A stretch of DNA of 64,000 nucleotides from Candidatus Bathyarchaeia archaeon (GCA_050014495.1 JBEKDF010000006.1:1-64000); one strand, 5' to 3'; numbered from the stretch's first letter, positions 51,127 through 60,643 are shown. Notes: a model not told the origin generated them from the letters alone. Numbers and translations are program-made.

Positions 51127-52050
51127 GTGACTATTATGGACACTATGGAAATGATTGGAATAGTACTCGTCGTAGTTTTAGTCATTTTAGTCTTATACGC
51201 ATTCTATTACCTATCACGACGGAGTAAGAATAAACCAATAACAACAGCAACCCCCGAAATTAAACCTCAGAGCACGGTGAGTGAAGCCCCGAAGCCAGTG
51301 GTGCCAGTGAACCCAGCACCAGTGGTTGCACCTCAGAGCACGGTAAGTGAAGCGCCGAAGACAGTAATGCCAGTTAGCACAGCACCTATGGTTAAACCTC
51401 TGAGCACAGTTAGTGAAGCCCCGAAGCCAGTGGTGCCAGTGAACCCAGCACCAGTGGTTGCACCTCAGAGCACGGTAAGTGAAGCTCCTAAGGTAACGGA
51501 ACCAGCTGACCTAACCCCTATGGCTGTCGCTCAAACTACTAACCTTGAGACCTCCATGAAAGCTAAACCAAGTATAGAGGTCGAGACGAAGCAGGATGAA
51601 GTCCAAGGAGATAACAAAAAATCAGCCCCTATTAGAAGGAATCGTGCATCTAAGATCATCGACATTGAGGGAATAGGCCCAACATATGCGGAGAAGCTCA
51701 ATTCAATTGGCATTCGTACTACCGCTGATCTTTTGGAATCTGGAGCAACACCGCTTGGGAGAAGAGAGTTGGCTGAGAAAACCAGTATTTCACCGAAGTT
51801 AATTCTTGAATGGGTGAATCTCTCCGATCTATTCCGGATCAAAGGGATTGGTGAGGAGTACTCTGATCTTCTCGAAGAGGCGGGTGTCGATACAGTCGTC
51901 GAGCTGTCGCATAGAAACGCTACTAATCTTCATGCCAAGATCTTGGAGGTGAATGAGGCTAAGAAACTGGTGAGGAGACCGCCAAGTCAGGCAGCGATTG
52001 AGAGTTGGATAAAGGAAGCGAAGGAATTACCGAGAAAGATTGAGTATTAA
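51127..52050 (+). CDS. DUF4332 (HhH) domain protein with N-terminal TM and Pro-rich repeat linker
   Basis: IIDIEGIGP, WVNLSDLFRIKGIGEEYSDLLEEAGVDTV and LVRRPPS motifs. Confidence 0.88.
   Translation: MTIMDTMEMIGIVLVVVLVILVLYAFYYLSRRSKNKPITTATPEIKPQSTVSEAPKPVVPVNPAPVVAPQSTVSEAPKTVMPVSTAPMVKPLSTVSEAPKPVVPVNPAPVVAPQSTVSEAPKVTEPADLTPMAVAQTTNLETSMKAKPSIEVETKQDEVQGDNKKSAPIRRNRASKIIDIEGIGPTYAEKLNSIGIRTTADLLESGATPLGRRELAEKTSISPKLILEWVNLSDLFRIKGIGEEYSDLLEEAGVDTVVELSHRNATNLHAKILEVNEAKKLVRRPPSQAAIESWIKEAKELPRKIEY
51265..51493 (+). repeat. In-frame 66-bp tandem repeat, about 3.5 copies (22-aa PQSTVSEAPKPVVPVNPAPVVA)
   Basis: Units start at 51265, 51331, 51397 and 51463; units 1 and 3 are nearly identical. 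Confidence 0.92.
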
Positions 52051-52108
52051 TTTTTTAGTAAATTTCCCAAATTGGCAGAAACTTTAGGGTGAGAACGCGA
52101 AATTAAAG

Positions 52109-52429
52109 CTAAGTGACTTGATTCTTGGGTATGACTCCGATTAGCTTCTGAATTAGTCTCGTGCCCTTCTCTGTGATTTTCGTCTTTATGTATGCGTTAT
52201 GGTGTGTGAACTTCCACTCGAGATCAATTAAACCACTCTTGGAAAGGTTCTCAAGGATCTTCTCGCGGGTGGCCATCTCTGACGATTCGACGCCTTGAAA
52301 CCACAAAATGAATGTCTTAGTTCCCTTGCTCGCAATGTCGACCAGCAATTCCCTGATCTGTGAAAGTTCGACATCGAGAATCTTGTCGCTCAGAACGAAC
52401 TCTCTATAGATCCTGTTAAGGTCCTCCAA
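52109..52429 (-). CDS. Hypothetical protein, possible winged-helix fold
   Basis: LENLSKSGLI..KITEKG pattern. Confidence 0.5.
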   Translation of the reverse strand: MEDLNRIYREFVLSDKILDVELSQIRELLVDIASKGTKTFILWFQGVESSEMATREKILENLSKSGLIDLEWKFTHHNAYIKTKITEKGTRLIQKLIGVIPKNQVT

Positions 52430-52779
52430 AACAACTACCAGACTGATCTCAGCGGCATGTCGAATTAAACATTATCAAGTGATAATCTAAAGAAGAGGAC
52501 TAAGAGAGGCTGAATTAGAGTTGCTTTAGAGTAATCATAAAGATCCTTTGGTTTTCCCCGACTTTTAATTGTATGAATATTTGAAGTTATAGTCTCTCAT
52601 CACTTAATCTTTAACTATAACGAAATAATTGCGATCTAGAAATTTGTGTTCGAATTAGTACTAGGTTTCTCGTCAGTCTGTGTTGAAACTGGATCATTAG
52701 CTAAGTTGCTATGTAATATCGGTTTTAATTTATTTTAGCAAATTTTGATTTTTACTTGCAGAATCGCGTGTTTGGTTAA

Positions 52780-53313
52780 TTATTTCTTTGTGATTTCGCC
52801 TTCATCAAGCCTAACGAACTGCCTAGCCATCACGTTCCTAATCATGTTGGCGACACGCGTTGGGTCTCTCACCTTTATCATCCTCTTTGTAAAATCCCTC
52901 TCACTCTGAATCTTAATCATGATGTCTCCGGTGCCATAAATTCTACTGGTTATCGATCTGATGAGTTCTAGATCCGAGAATCCTGTTGGAACTATCACCG
53001 ATGTCTTCGTCGTCAATAAACCAGTCTTGATCTCTAGGCTATCCTCCCTCAGGACGTAGAGGTTTGTGGCTCTAAGGACCAGCAGGTTAAGCTCCCAAAT
53101 GAACCAAATGATGAGAAATGCAATTATCGTCAAAAATAGAAGCTGTATGTCATAGCTAGATACATTTCGATAGATTATATTCATAGAACTTTCCAGGTAT
53201 AACACACCTGAGGCGATTATGGTTAGAAAGATCGTCCGAACTACGACGTAGGGAGTTATCCAAGGTCTGCCTCTCCAAACCTCCCTATCAGAATCCTGAG
53301 TAGAGCTGGCCAT
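52780..53313 (-). CDS. Membrane protein with bacterial PH (bPH_2)-like domain
   Basis: VWRGRP, 2 TM, KTGLL, RIYGTGDI. Confidence 0.75.
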   Translation of the reverse strand: MASSTQDSDREVWRGRPWITPYVVVRTIFLTIIASGVLYLESSMNIIYRNVSSYDIQLLFLTIIAFLIIWFIWELNLLVLRATNLYVLREDSLEIKTGLLTTKTSVIVPTGFSDLELIRSITSRIYGTGDIMIKIQSERDFTKRMIKVRDPTRVANMIRNVMARQFVRLDEGEITKK

Positions 53314-53412
53314 ATTCAATATCACATAAAACACACAGTGAATTATATTTAACCTGTCTATTCTAAACACGCTTGGGGGCCATGTGAGAGGACTTGAATC
53401 CTATTCTCGTGA

Positions 53413-53912
53413 TCAGCGTTTGGTGCCCCATCTGCCCCAGCTTGTTATCTCTTCAGACTCTTTCTTTGTTTCGTGGTAGGCGACTCATCTGGGTTACCAA
53501 GAGGTGTTATTGCTACTACCCTCATGTGGTCAGGTACCCCAAGTAGGCCCTTAATCTCAAGGTCGCGCTGCATGGAACCCATCCAACATGTACCTAATCC
53601 CTCATTGGCTGCAGCCAGCATGACGTGTTCGAAGGCTATGCCTACGTCGTTCTGCCACCAGTTGGGTGAAATCGTGGGATCACCGAGAGCCACTATGATA
53701 ATCGGCGCGCCTGCTGCCCAGGTCTGGTTACCTGCGAGCTTTTTTCTAACATCTGGGTCGCGCACAACTATGAAGTGGCAGGGATACTTGTTGGCTGCTG
53801 ATGGTGCGAGTCTCGCTGCTTCGAGCACCCTGAGAGCCTGATCATCGGAGACCGGTGTCCCCTTGTATTTTCTGATGCTTCTCCTCTTCTCGATTGCATC
53901 TTTAAAGTCCAT
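53413..53912 (-). pseudogene. Nitroreductase family protein with a C-terminal 1-nt frameshift
   Basis: RRSIRKY, APSAAN, GLGTCW; RKSLKR* continues in a shifted frame as EITSWGRWGTKR* (TGA 53415-53413). Confidence 0.7.
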
Positions 53913-54002
53913 TCAAACACCACACAAACAATGAAGCGAGTGATGGGGGTTCTATTTAAGTAGGGGAGGAGCGTCACGCACGCTTGTGCTGGGTGCTTCT
54001 CG

Positions 54003-54350
54003 GTGTCTGATGTTGAAAAGAGGTTTAAATCAGGAATCGTTCAGATGATCCTCTCCCACGATGCCGAGGAAGCACTCACTTCCTTAGCTGAACACTTTAA
54101 CGTTGATGCTCCTGCCCTCAGGGTGGGTCTCCCAAGGGGTCATGTCAACGTAGCGGGGTGCTACGTGGTTGAGAAGGAGACCATCTATGTGGCGAACAGT
54201 GAAGGATTAGCTGACCCATTTCTGATCCTGCATGAGTTCTATCACCATCTAAGGTCGGTTAGTGGTATCCATAGGGGGACTGAGAGATATGCAAACAGGT
54301 TCGCCCGCGAGTTTATCGAAAAGTACAAGGAACGTGCATATTGGCCTTGA
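54003..54350 (+). CDS. Small HExxH zincin-like hypothetical protein
   Basis: ILHEFYHHL..GTERYAN. Confidence 0.7.
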   Translation: MSDVEKRFKSGIVQMILSHDAEEALTSLAEHFNVDAPALRVGLPRGHVNVAGCYVVEKETIYVANSEGLADPFLILHEFYHHLRSVSGIHRGTERYANRFAREFIEKYKERAYWP

Positions 54351-54455
54351 GCGACTAGACTTAATAAAATAGTGTAAACAAAAGAATTTTAAGATTTTCA
54401 GTTAGCATTCACTCATTATAAATATGCTTTGCGTTCTCATGCACAGCAAATGCCA

Positions 54456-55736
54456 TTAGAACTTGATATGGGGCGTAAAATTGTAAGGTTTGGCATTCGG
54501 ATACTCATCCTCCACCCGGGTGAGGAAATTGATACCGTAAACACGTTCGCCATTTTTCGGTGGGCCCTGTTTCGTGGCGCAGCAGCCATAAGCGACGGCG
54601 ATATCAAAGATGGGGTCATCGACGACACCGCCGGCCCTGACAGAGGGGATGGCGATGATACCCTTAGCCCGGGCGTACTCCAGCGCCTCTAAGCTTTCAC
54701 TGATCGTCCCGACCTGGTTCGGCTTGAAGATGAACGCTTCACAAACTTTCATCTGAGCTGCCTTCTTGAGCATATTAATGTTCGTCACCGTCAGATCGTC
54801 TCCCACCAGCATTGTCCGGTCCAAGACCTTTGCCGCCTTTTGCCAACCTTCCCAGTCGTTTTCATCCACCGGATCCTCCACATAGAGGAAATTATATTTC
54901 GTCGTCAGTTCCTTGAGGTATTCCAACAGGGTGTCCAGATCAACTTCCTTACTGACGAAATCGTAGGTGTTCCGTTCCGGGTTGTAGAGTTCGCTACAGG
55001 CGCAGTCGGCGGCAAACGCGATTTTATCCTCTGCCCCACAGCGCCTTGCTGCTTCATATAAAATATCAAAAGATACCATAGGATCCGGACTGGGTGCCTG
55101 CCAACCGGTGAGACTGCCCGGCTTAGGAGGTCGCCCGTGTTGATAATCCTGAATTACTGACGGCGTCAATTGGAAAATCTGGTATATAATATGGACCGCT
55201 TCCATAATCGTCTTCGCTTTGTAAGGGACGATGGTACACTCCTGGAATGGCATTGATCCCTTTTGGTAGCTGCCACCGGAGATGCAGTTCACCGTGGGGA
55301 AGGGAATCGTCTTGATTTCACCTGGATTCAAATGACGATAAAGGGGCTTGTTCTCGGTGTTAGCCGCCGCCCGAATGCTAGCCAGAGAGACACTGCAGAG
55401 AGTATTCCCACCCAGCCTGGATTTATCTTCCGTACCGTCCAGCTCAATCATCGTCCGGTCAATCGCCTTCTGGTCCATCACATCCATTCCCTGCAGAGCA
55501 GGGACAATCGTGTTATGGACAATATCAACAGCCTTGAACACGCTCAGGCCGTCAAACCACTTGGGATCTTTGTCCCGCAAGACGTATGCTTCATGTGATC
55601 CGGCTGAGATACCCGAGGGAGCCGACCCACGCCCGAGGATTCCGCCTGCGGTAACCACATCCACCTCCAGCATCGGCTTTCCTTTGCTGTCTAAGATTTG
55701 TCTGGCTTTGATGGTTTTAATATTCGTACTTCCCAT
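54456..55736 (-). CDS. Enolase-family paralog with altered active site
   Basis: ARQILDSKGKP, LGGN, VEDP, VGDDL and KPNQVG retained; several canonical residues changed (see findings). Confidence 0.85.
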   Translation of the reverse strand: MGSTNIKTIKARQILDSKGKPMLEVDVVTAGGILGRGSAPSGISAGSHEAYVLRDKDPKWFDGLSVFKAVDIVHNTIVPALQGMDVMDQKAIDRTMIELDGTEDKSRLGGNTLCSVSLASIRAAANTENKPLYRHLNPGEIKTIPFPTVNCISGGSYQKGSMPFQECTIVPYKAKTIMEAVHIIYQIFQLTPSVIQDYQHGRPPKPGSLTGWQAPSPDPMVSFDILYEAARRCGAEDKIAFAADCACSELYNPERNTYDFVSKEVDLDTLLEYLKELTTKYNFLYVEDPVDENDWEGWQKAAKVLDRTMLVGDDLTVTNINMLKKAAQMKVCEAFIFKPNQVGTISESLEALEYARAKGIIAIPSVRAGGVVDDPIFDIAVAYGCCATKQGPPKNGERVYGINFLTRVEDEYPNAKPYNFTPHIKF

Positions 55737-55757
55737 TGATACCGCCCCTTTCTCGAA

Positions 55758-57161
55758 CTAATCCAGTTTCTTGGGTATATATAGGACATTGAAGTCACAC
55801 AGGTTCGTCCCCGTATTCCCCGTGAAGATGCAACATCCTAACTCCAACAAAGCTTCATAGGTGGCGTGTCCGCGCAGCGCTTCCTGTAGATCAATGCCCC
55901 TGGAAACTGCCTGACGATAAGTCTCAGAATCGGTGATACCACCAGCCATTCTCGTCGTCCCATCCGTCCCCTCCGTATCGATGGAAAGCATACAGGCTCT
56001 CGGTGCTTCCCTAGCGACGATGGCAAATCCATCTGTCAATTCCTGTGAAGGCCCGCCATGCCCCTTGATTTCCTGGTTGTCTAGTATATAGGTCGAGGTC
56101 TCACCGGCGGAGAAAATCATGCAGGGAGGCGCGATCGGTCGATGAAAGCGTTGTACCTCTTTGGCGATGCAGGCAAAAGTCATTCCCGCATCTTTGCTTT
56201 CCCCTTCAAGGCTGGTTGTGAGAATCATGTGGTTGATCCCCATATCTGAGGCAATTTCAGAGGCATACTGGCAGGAATCGGATAAGATGTTGAGCATGAA
56301 GTAGGTGGCACGGGCAATCGATTTCGGTGTTTCCTGCGCCTCCGTGCCGTTGAAGATGTACGACTCCACGCTTCGGGGCAGTCGCCCAACCAAACCATGT
56401 TCCCGGATAATCCTTTGCGCATCCGCAAACGTAGAATAGTCTGGACCGATAGGCGTGCCTCGCATCCCCACCGGTTCCCCGTAATCTTTGATGGGTGGCC
56501 AGTCCAAGGCGTCCCAGATATTGAGGCCGATCATTTCGGCACCTCTTTTCTCGATCCGCTGCCCCAACCGGCCGCGATTCATCTGGGAGATGTGGCCCCG
56601 AATGACATTGATATCCATCACTCTAATATTCGATTTGAGCATGGTATCGGTAGCCGCCATTTTTTCTTCTAGGGTAATCCCGTCCACAGGGTATCCCATC
56701 AGAGCCGTACTACCGCCGCTGATGCATACTATGAACAAATCATCCTGATCTGCCTGGTCCACAATCTCCAGCATTCTCTGGCAGCCCCGGACACCTTCGT
56801 AGTTAGGCAGTGGGTGGCCACCGACAAATACTTCCGTGTTGACGTAATGGTCCGTTTCTTCTACGATTTTTACGATGGCGACGCCTTTGGTAAGCCGCTG
56901 GTCCAAGATATCATCCATCGCCATGGCCATATGATTTGCCGCTTTCCCGGCAGAGAAAACATAGACATGGCGCTTCTGGGCCAAGTCCCACTGACGATTG
57001 CCAATATGAAGAAGATCCCCTTTCAGACTGACAAAGGCTTTGAGGCGTTCATAAGCGTCCAGCTTCTGTAAGACCTGTTCCGTAATCTCAAGGACAATGC
57101 GGCGGGAATCAACTACCCCTTGGGCAAGGAGTTCATCCTTATTGCGAATCTTTAACCGCAA
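55758..57161 (-). CDS. Glycerate 2-kinase class II (DUF4147/MOFRL) family protein
   Basis: AGKAA, GGHPLP, ISGGSTAL, AGET, GGPSQE, TEGTDG and TGTNLCD motifs. Confidence 0.9.
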   Translation of the reverse strand: MRLKIRNKDELLAQGVVDSRRIVLEITEQVLQKLDAYERLKAFVSLKGDLLHIGNRQWDLAQKRHVYVFSAGKAANHMAMAMDDILDQRLTKGVAIVKIVEETDHYVNTEVFVGGHPLPNYEGVRGCQRMLEIVDQADQDDLFIVCISGGSTALMGYPVDGITLEEKMAATDTMLKSNIRVMDINVIRGHISQMNRGRLGQRIEKRGAEMIGLNIWDALDWPPIKDYGEPVGMRGTPIGPDYSTFADAQRIIREHGLVGRLPRSVESYIFNGTEAQETPKSIARATYFMLNILSDSCQYASEIASDMGINHMILTTSLEGESKDAGMTFACIAKEVQRFHRPIAPPCMIFSAGETSTYILDNQEIKGHGGPSQELTDGFAIVAREAPRACMLSIDTEGTDGTTRMAGGITDSETYRQAVSRGIDLQEALRGHATYEALLELGCCIFTGNTGTNLCDFNVLYIPKKLD

Positions 57162-57311
57162 TGGCCTTTCCCTCTTTTCTCTTATCTTGCGAATTTTTTT
57201 CTCCTATTAAGTTTACGCCAAAAATGCTTAAGCTCTCTTACTCAGGACAAAACTTGGCGAGGATAAAAATTGTGCATGCAGCGAATATGGATCTTTTTAG
57301 ATTAAAAGCAT

Positions 57312-57387
57312 TGGTGGACTGGGAGGGATTTGAACCCCCGACTTCCGCCATGCCAAGGCGGCGATCATACGACTGATCTACCAGCCC
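57312..57387 (-). tRNA. tRNA-Ala(GGC), CCA encoded, no intron
   Basis: GGGCTGGTAGATCAGTCGTATGATCGCCGCCTTGGCATGGCGGAAGTCGGGGGTTCAAATCCCTCCCAGTCCACCA folds to a cloverleaf; G3:U70 pair; anticodon GGC. Confidence 0.95.
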
Positions 57388-57510
57388 AGCCAACACAAAA
57401 CACAGGGACCATCCGTTTAAACCTTATCCCACATTCCTCTAATACTAAATTCAACTAATCGAGAAGCTACGCGAGAATACTAAAGCAGTGTAAAAAAGGG
57501 AAAAATCAAT

Positions 57511-58782
57511 CTATGGGGAGTTCTGACTTGTGGGATCAGAGATCAACCCTGAAAAGAGAATTGTCCCCGATCTGTCATCTCTGATTACGAACATGTAAGG
57601 CCTGTTGACTATGAAGGAGGTCCTAATTGGCATGCTTGTGACGGATATTCCTACATTGGTTGCAGCCGCTGCCACGGTGCCCTGCTCGTTCACCTCGATC
57701 ACAGCCTTGTGGTCAACGAAAGCAATGTAGAGATGCTCAGGTCTAACATCCGCTATTCTGTTGAAGTCGGCTGAGTTTGAGTCGAAGGCTACGCCCATCC
57801 CGAGATTCGTCAATGCATCCTTCAGATCGACCTTGCCATAGTCCAGCTTGAGCTTTGGTAGCTGCAGCGCCAACTCTGTATTCGATAGCTTGCTGAAGTA
57901 GGCGTCGAGGCTGTCCCCTGTTAAGCCAGCCGTGAATGATTTGAGCGAACTGCCCTCGGCTGGTAGGAACACGTACATCGCGATCTTGTCCCTCCCATAG
58001 GGGAGTCGCGCGACCTGCACATTGTCATCCCCATAGTAAGCGTAGCTTCCTCCTCTACTCATCATGTCGACCTGAACAGAGGTTCCATCGGTTGTCGTGA
58101 AGCTCGCGGATTGAGTGAGGGTAGAATCAAACTTGTCGACCCAGTCCCCCTTGAAGTAGATCGCGTTAATCAGAAACATCATATCCTGGGAATCTATCTT
58201 GTCGAGGAGCTGGCTGATCTTACCGTTGGTCTCCTTATTCACCCATGAGTTAACCTCGCTTACTGTCGATGTGTCGAAAGGCCTGGAATAGACCTCACTT
58301 CTAAAGTAGCTCGACAAGGTATTCGTGAAGACCGGGTTCACGGATGAGGCGAAATCGGATCTAATCCACACGGAGTCAGCGATGTTTAGACTCACGTCCT
58401 TGTCCACGTTCAGTAGGCTATCTATCAACTGTTGGAAACCGGTGTTCACGGCATCGTCACTCATACCGCTGAACCCTAGGACGCTGCCCATCGCCTCTCG
58501 AGTCGATGAATTCGCGCCATTGTAGGCCATACTGAGCGCGATAGAAACGCTGAGAGGTGAAATGAAGATGTCTTTTCCAGATTGTTCATTTTGTAGCTCC
58601 TTCAGTAACCTCACCGCGAAATCGGTATTAGATGCAACGATCGACTTGTTGACGCTGAGAGCCTTTGAGTCTGAATTACCATATGCTAGGCTGGGGCTCA
58701 GATAGTTTATCAAAACCCCCACTCCACCCATAATCAAAAGTAAAATTACTCCTGCGATTAGGCGACGTTTAGTTGAGTCCAT
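57511..58782 (-). CDS. Membrane-anchored serpin (predicted inhibitory)
   Basis: FISPLSV, NAIYFKGDW, hinge EQGTVAAAAT, FIVNRPYMFVIRD; N-terminal TM. Confidence 0.95.
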   Translation of the reverse strand: MDSTKRRLIAGVILLLIMGGVGVLINYLSPSLAYGNSDSKALSVNKSIVASNTDFAVRLLKELQNEQSGKDIFISPLSVSIALSMAYNGANSSTREAMGSVLGFSGMSDDAVNTGFQQLIDSLLNVDKDVSLNIADSVWIRSDFASSVNPVFTNTLSSYFRSEVYSRPFDTSTVSEVNSWVNKETNGKISQLLDKIDSQDMMFLINAIYFKGDWVDKFDSTLTQSASFTTTDGTSVQVDMMSRGGSYAYYGDDNVQVARLPYGRDKIAMYVFLPAEGSSLKSFTAGLTGDSLDAYFSKLSNTELALQLPKLKLDYGKVDLKDALTNLGMGVAFDSNSADFNRIADVRPEHLYIAFVDHKAVIEVNEQGTVAAAATNVGISVTSMPIRTSFIVNRPYMFVIRDDRSGTILFSGLISDPTSQNSP

Positions 58783-59000
58783 CGATTATAGATATCAAGT
58801 CAATCATTATAATCCTAGGGTTTAGAACACCCCGAAACTGCTCACACACAATTATAGGGCGCACACAAATGGCAAATCACATTGTCTGCGATGACGACCA
58901 TACAAAGGATAGGGTCGTTCTTGCTCTCTTAGTTTTAACAGCGTTGCGTAGGAGCTTGACAAATTAGATAAGAATGGAAGACCTAATCTCAACACGTTAG

Positions 59001-59681
59001 ATGGTCAAGGTACAAATCTTTAGCATGATGTCCATCAGCGACGCCGAGATTGTAGCAGGCACCGGAGCCGACCACGTCGGCTTTCAGGTCTCGACCGAAA
59101 ACATCCCATACACAGTTGATCCACAGCTTGGTCATAACATCTGTGAAGCGATCAAACCTTTAGCGAAAGCGGTGATGATTCCTATCTCTCGAGACCCTGA
59201 TAGAATACTAGAAATTGCGCGTATCGTGGAACCAGACATCATCCAACTCGCCAACGAGGAAAAAACCCTTGGTTATGATGCCTTCTCTGCGCTGATAAAG
59301 AACCTGAAAAACGAAGGGTTCACAACCATCAAGGTCATCGCCGTGGGATCCGGTGATGAATTGGAAATAGTAAAACTCTACTCCCGTATATCTGACTTGA
59401 TCATGCTTGACACTTATGGGAATCCACCATCCGAACTTCTCAAAGGATTCATCGGAGGAACCGGAAAAACGAACGATTGGAAGCTAGGCCGAATCATAGT
59501 AGAATCTATTAACAAGCCGGTGATTCTCGCAGGGGGACTCAACCTAGACAACGTAACATCAGCCATCGAGCAGGTGAAGCCCTGGGGAGTGGATGCAGCC
59601 TCAGCCCTATCAATCCCAGGAACACGAGGCAAAAAAGACATCGAGAAGGTTAAGAGATTTGTCGAACTCGCGAAGGGATAA
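59001..59681 (+). CDS. TrpF (PRAI)-like TIM-barrel isomerase paralog
   Basis: GADHVGF, LDT, GGTGKTNDW, ILAGGLN and PWGVDAAS; lacks the KICG Cys. Confidence 0.8.
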   Translation: MVKVQIFSMMSISDAEIVAGTGADHVGFQVSTENIPYTVDPQLGHNICEAIKPLAKAVMIPISRDPDRILEIARIVEPDIIQLANEEKTLGYDAFSALIKNLKNEGFTTIKVIAVGSGDELEIVKLYSRISDLIMLDTYGNPPSELLKGFIGGTGKTNDWKLGRIIVESINKPVILAGGLNLDNVTSAIEQVKPWGVDAASALSIPGTRGKKDIEKVKRFVELAKG

Positions 59682-60588
59682 AGCCAAGCATTCTCTAGGC
59701 GATCTCCTAGTCCTAGGCGACTTATGCTTAGACGTCGACGTATTCTACGAGTACAAGAAGGGTTCTTCTCAACGAGCGAGCAAAATCAGCCTCGGAGAAG
59801 GTGGTTCCGGGGGAAACGTAGCCTTTATGGCTGAGCGTCTCGGCTTGGAGACGGGACTTGCCGCCCCAATCTCAAACGACTCCATGGGGAGCCTCCTCGA
59901 ATCGATGGTAAAACAAAGGCATGGGAATCTAAGTTTCTATCCCCTGAAGGATCCAGAACAAACGACCTGCATCATAGTAAGCATGATCAATAAGCGTGGA
60001 GCGAGGAGAGCATATTTCAAGACAAACGAGGGAAACTGCAAACTCCAGAGCCTATATGAGATAGCCTCAAAATACTCGGCTATCCACTTGTCAGGTTACA
60101 CCCTAGAACTCTTCGACGTCGGAGAGCTAAGCGATTTTGTGCATGAAACCAAGATGAGGGGCGTTGAGATAACACTCGACCTCTTCCCACGTATTGGACT
60201 CGCAACAGAATCAAAAGCAGAATTGGATCATCTCCTTGAAGATGTAGACTTCTTGTTTGGGAACTTACAGGAATTCAGAGCCCTAACAGGGTCTCCTCAA
60301 ACAAGTGACATCTTACAGGATTTTCTAAACAAAGGAAGAAACTTAGTAATCAAGAAGGGATCCAAGGGAGCGATCTTCGCGGGCCCTATAGGAATAATTT
60401 CATCGCCGCCCCTGAAGGTAAAACCCTTTAGCCTAAAAGGAGCTGGTGATTCCTTCATCGCTGGATTCCTGGCTTCTCATTTAAGGGGCTACAGTATTCA
60501 ACAGGCACTAAATGCAGCGAATCTGATCGCTGGAACCCATGTAGCAGACGCTGACGAACAGATTACACAACGGTCAATCGACCTGTAG
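59659..60588 (+). CDS. PfkB/ribokinase family carbohydrate kinase
   Basis: GGSGGNVA, GN..E, KKGSKGA and GAGDSFIAG; likely TTG start overlapping the trpF-like gene. Confidence 0.88.
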   Translation: MSNSRRDKAKHSLGDLLVLGDLCLDVDVFYEYKKGSSQRASKISLGEGGSGGNVAFMAERLGLETGLAAPISNDSMGSLLESMVKQRHGNLSFYPLKDPEQTTCIIVSMINKRGARRAYFKTNEGNCKLQSLYEIASKYSAIHLSGYTLELFDVGELSDFVHETKMRGVEITLDLFPRIGLATESKAELDHLLEDVDFLFGNLQEFRALTGSPQTSDILQDFLNKGRNLVIKKGSKGAIFAGPIGIISSPPLKVKPFSLKGAGDSFIAGFLASHLRGYSIQQALNAANLIAGTHVADADEQITQRSIDL

Positions 60589-60643
60589 GTTCAGCTCTGC
60601 TATATTGCCTTGTGGGTAGAGCGCATACCCCTTAAATCCAGCG

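Noticed and set aside
51265..51493. CRISPR-like array
   Set aside because: Contiguous in-frame 66-bp units with no unique spacers and no cas genes
57161..57376. 71-aa plus-strand ORF
   Set aside because: Antisense to tRNA-Ala and to the kinase leader; spurious
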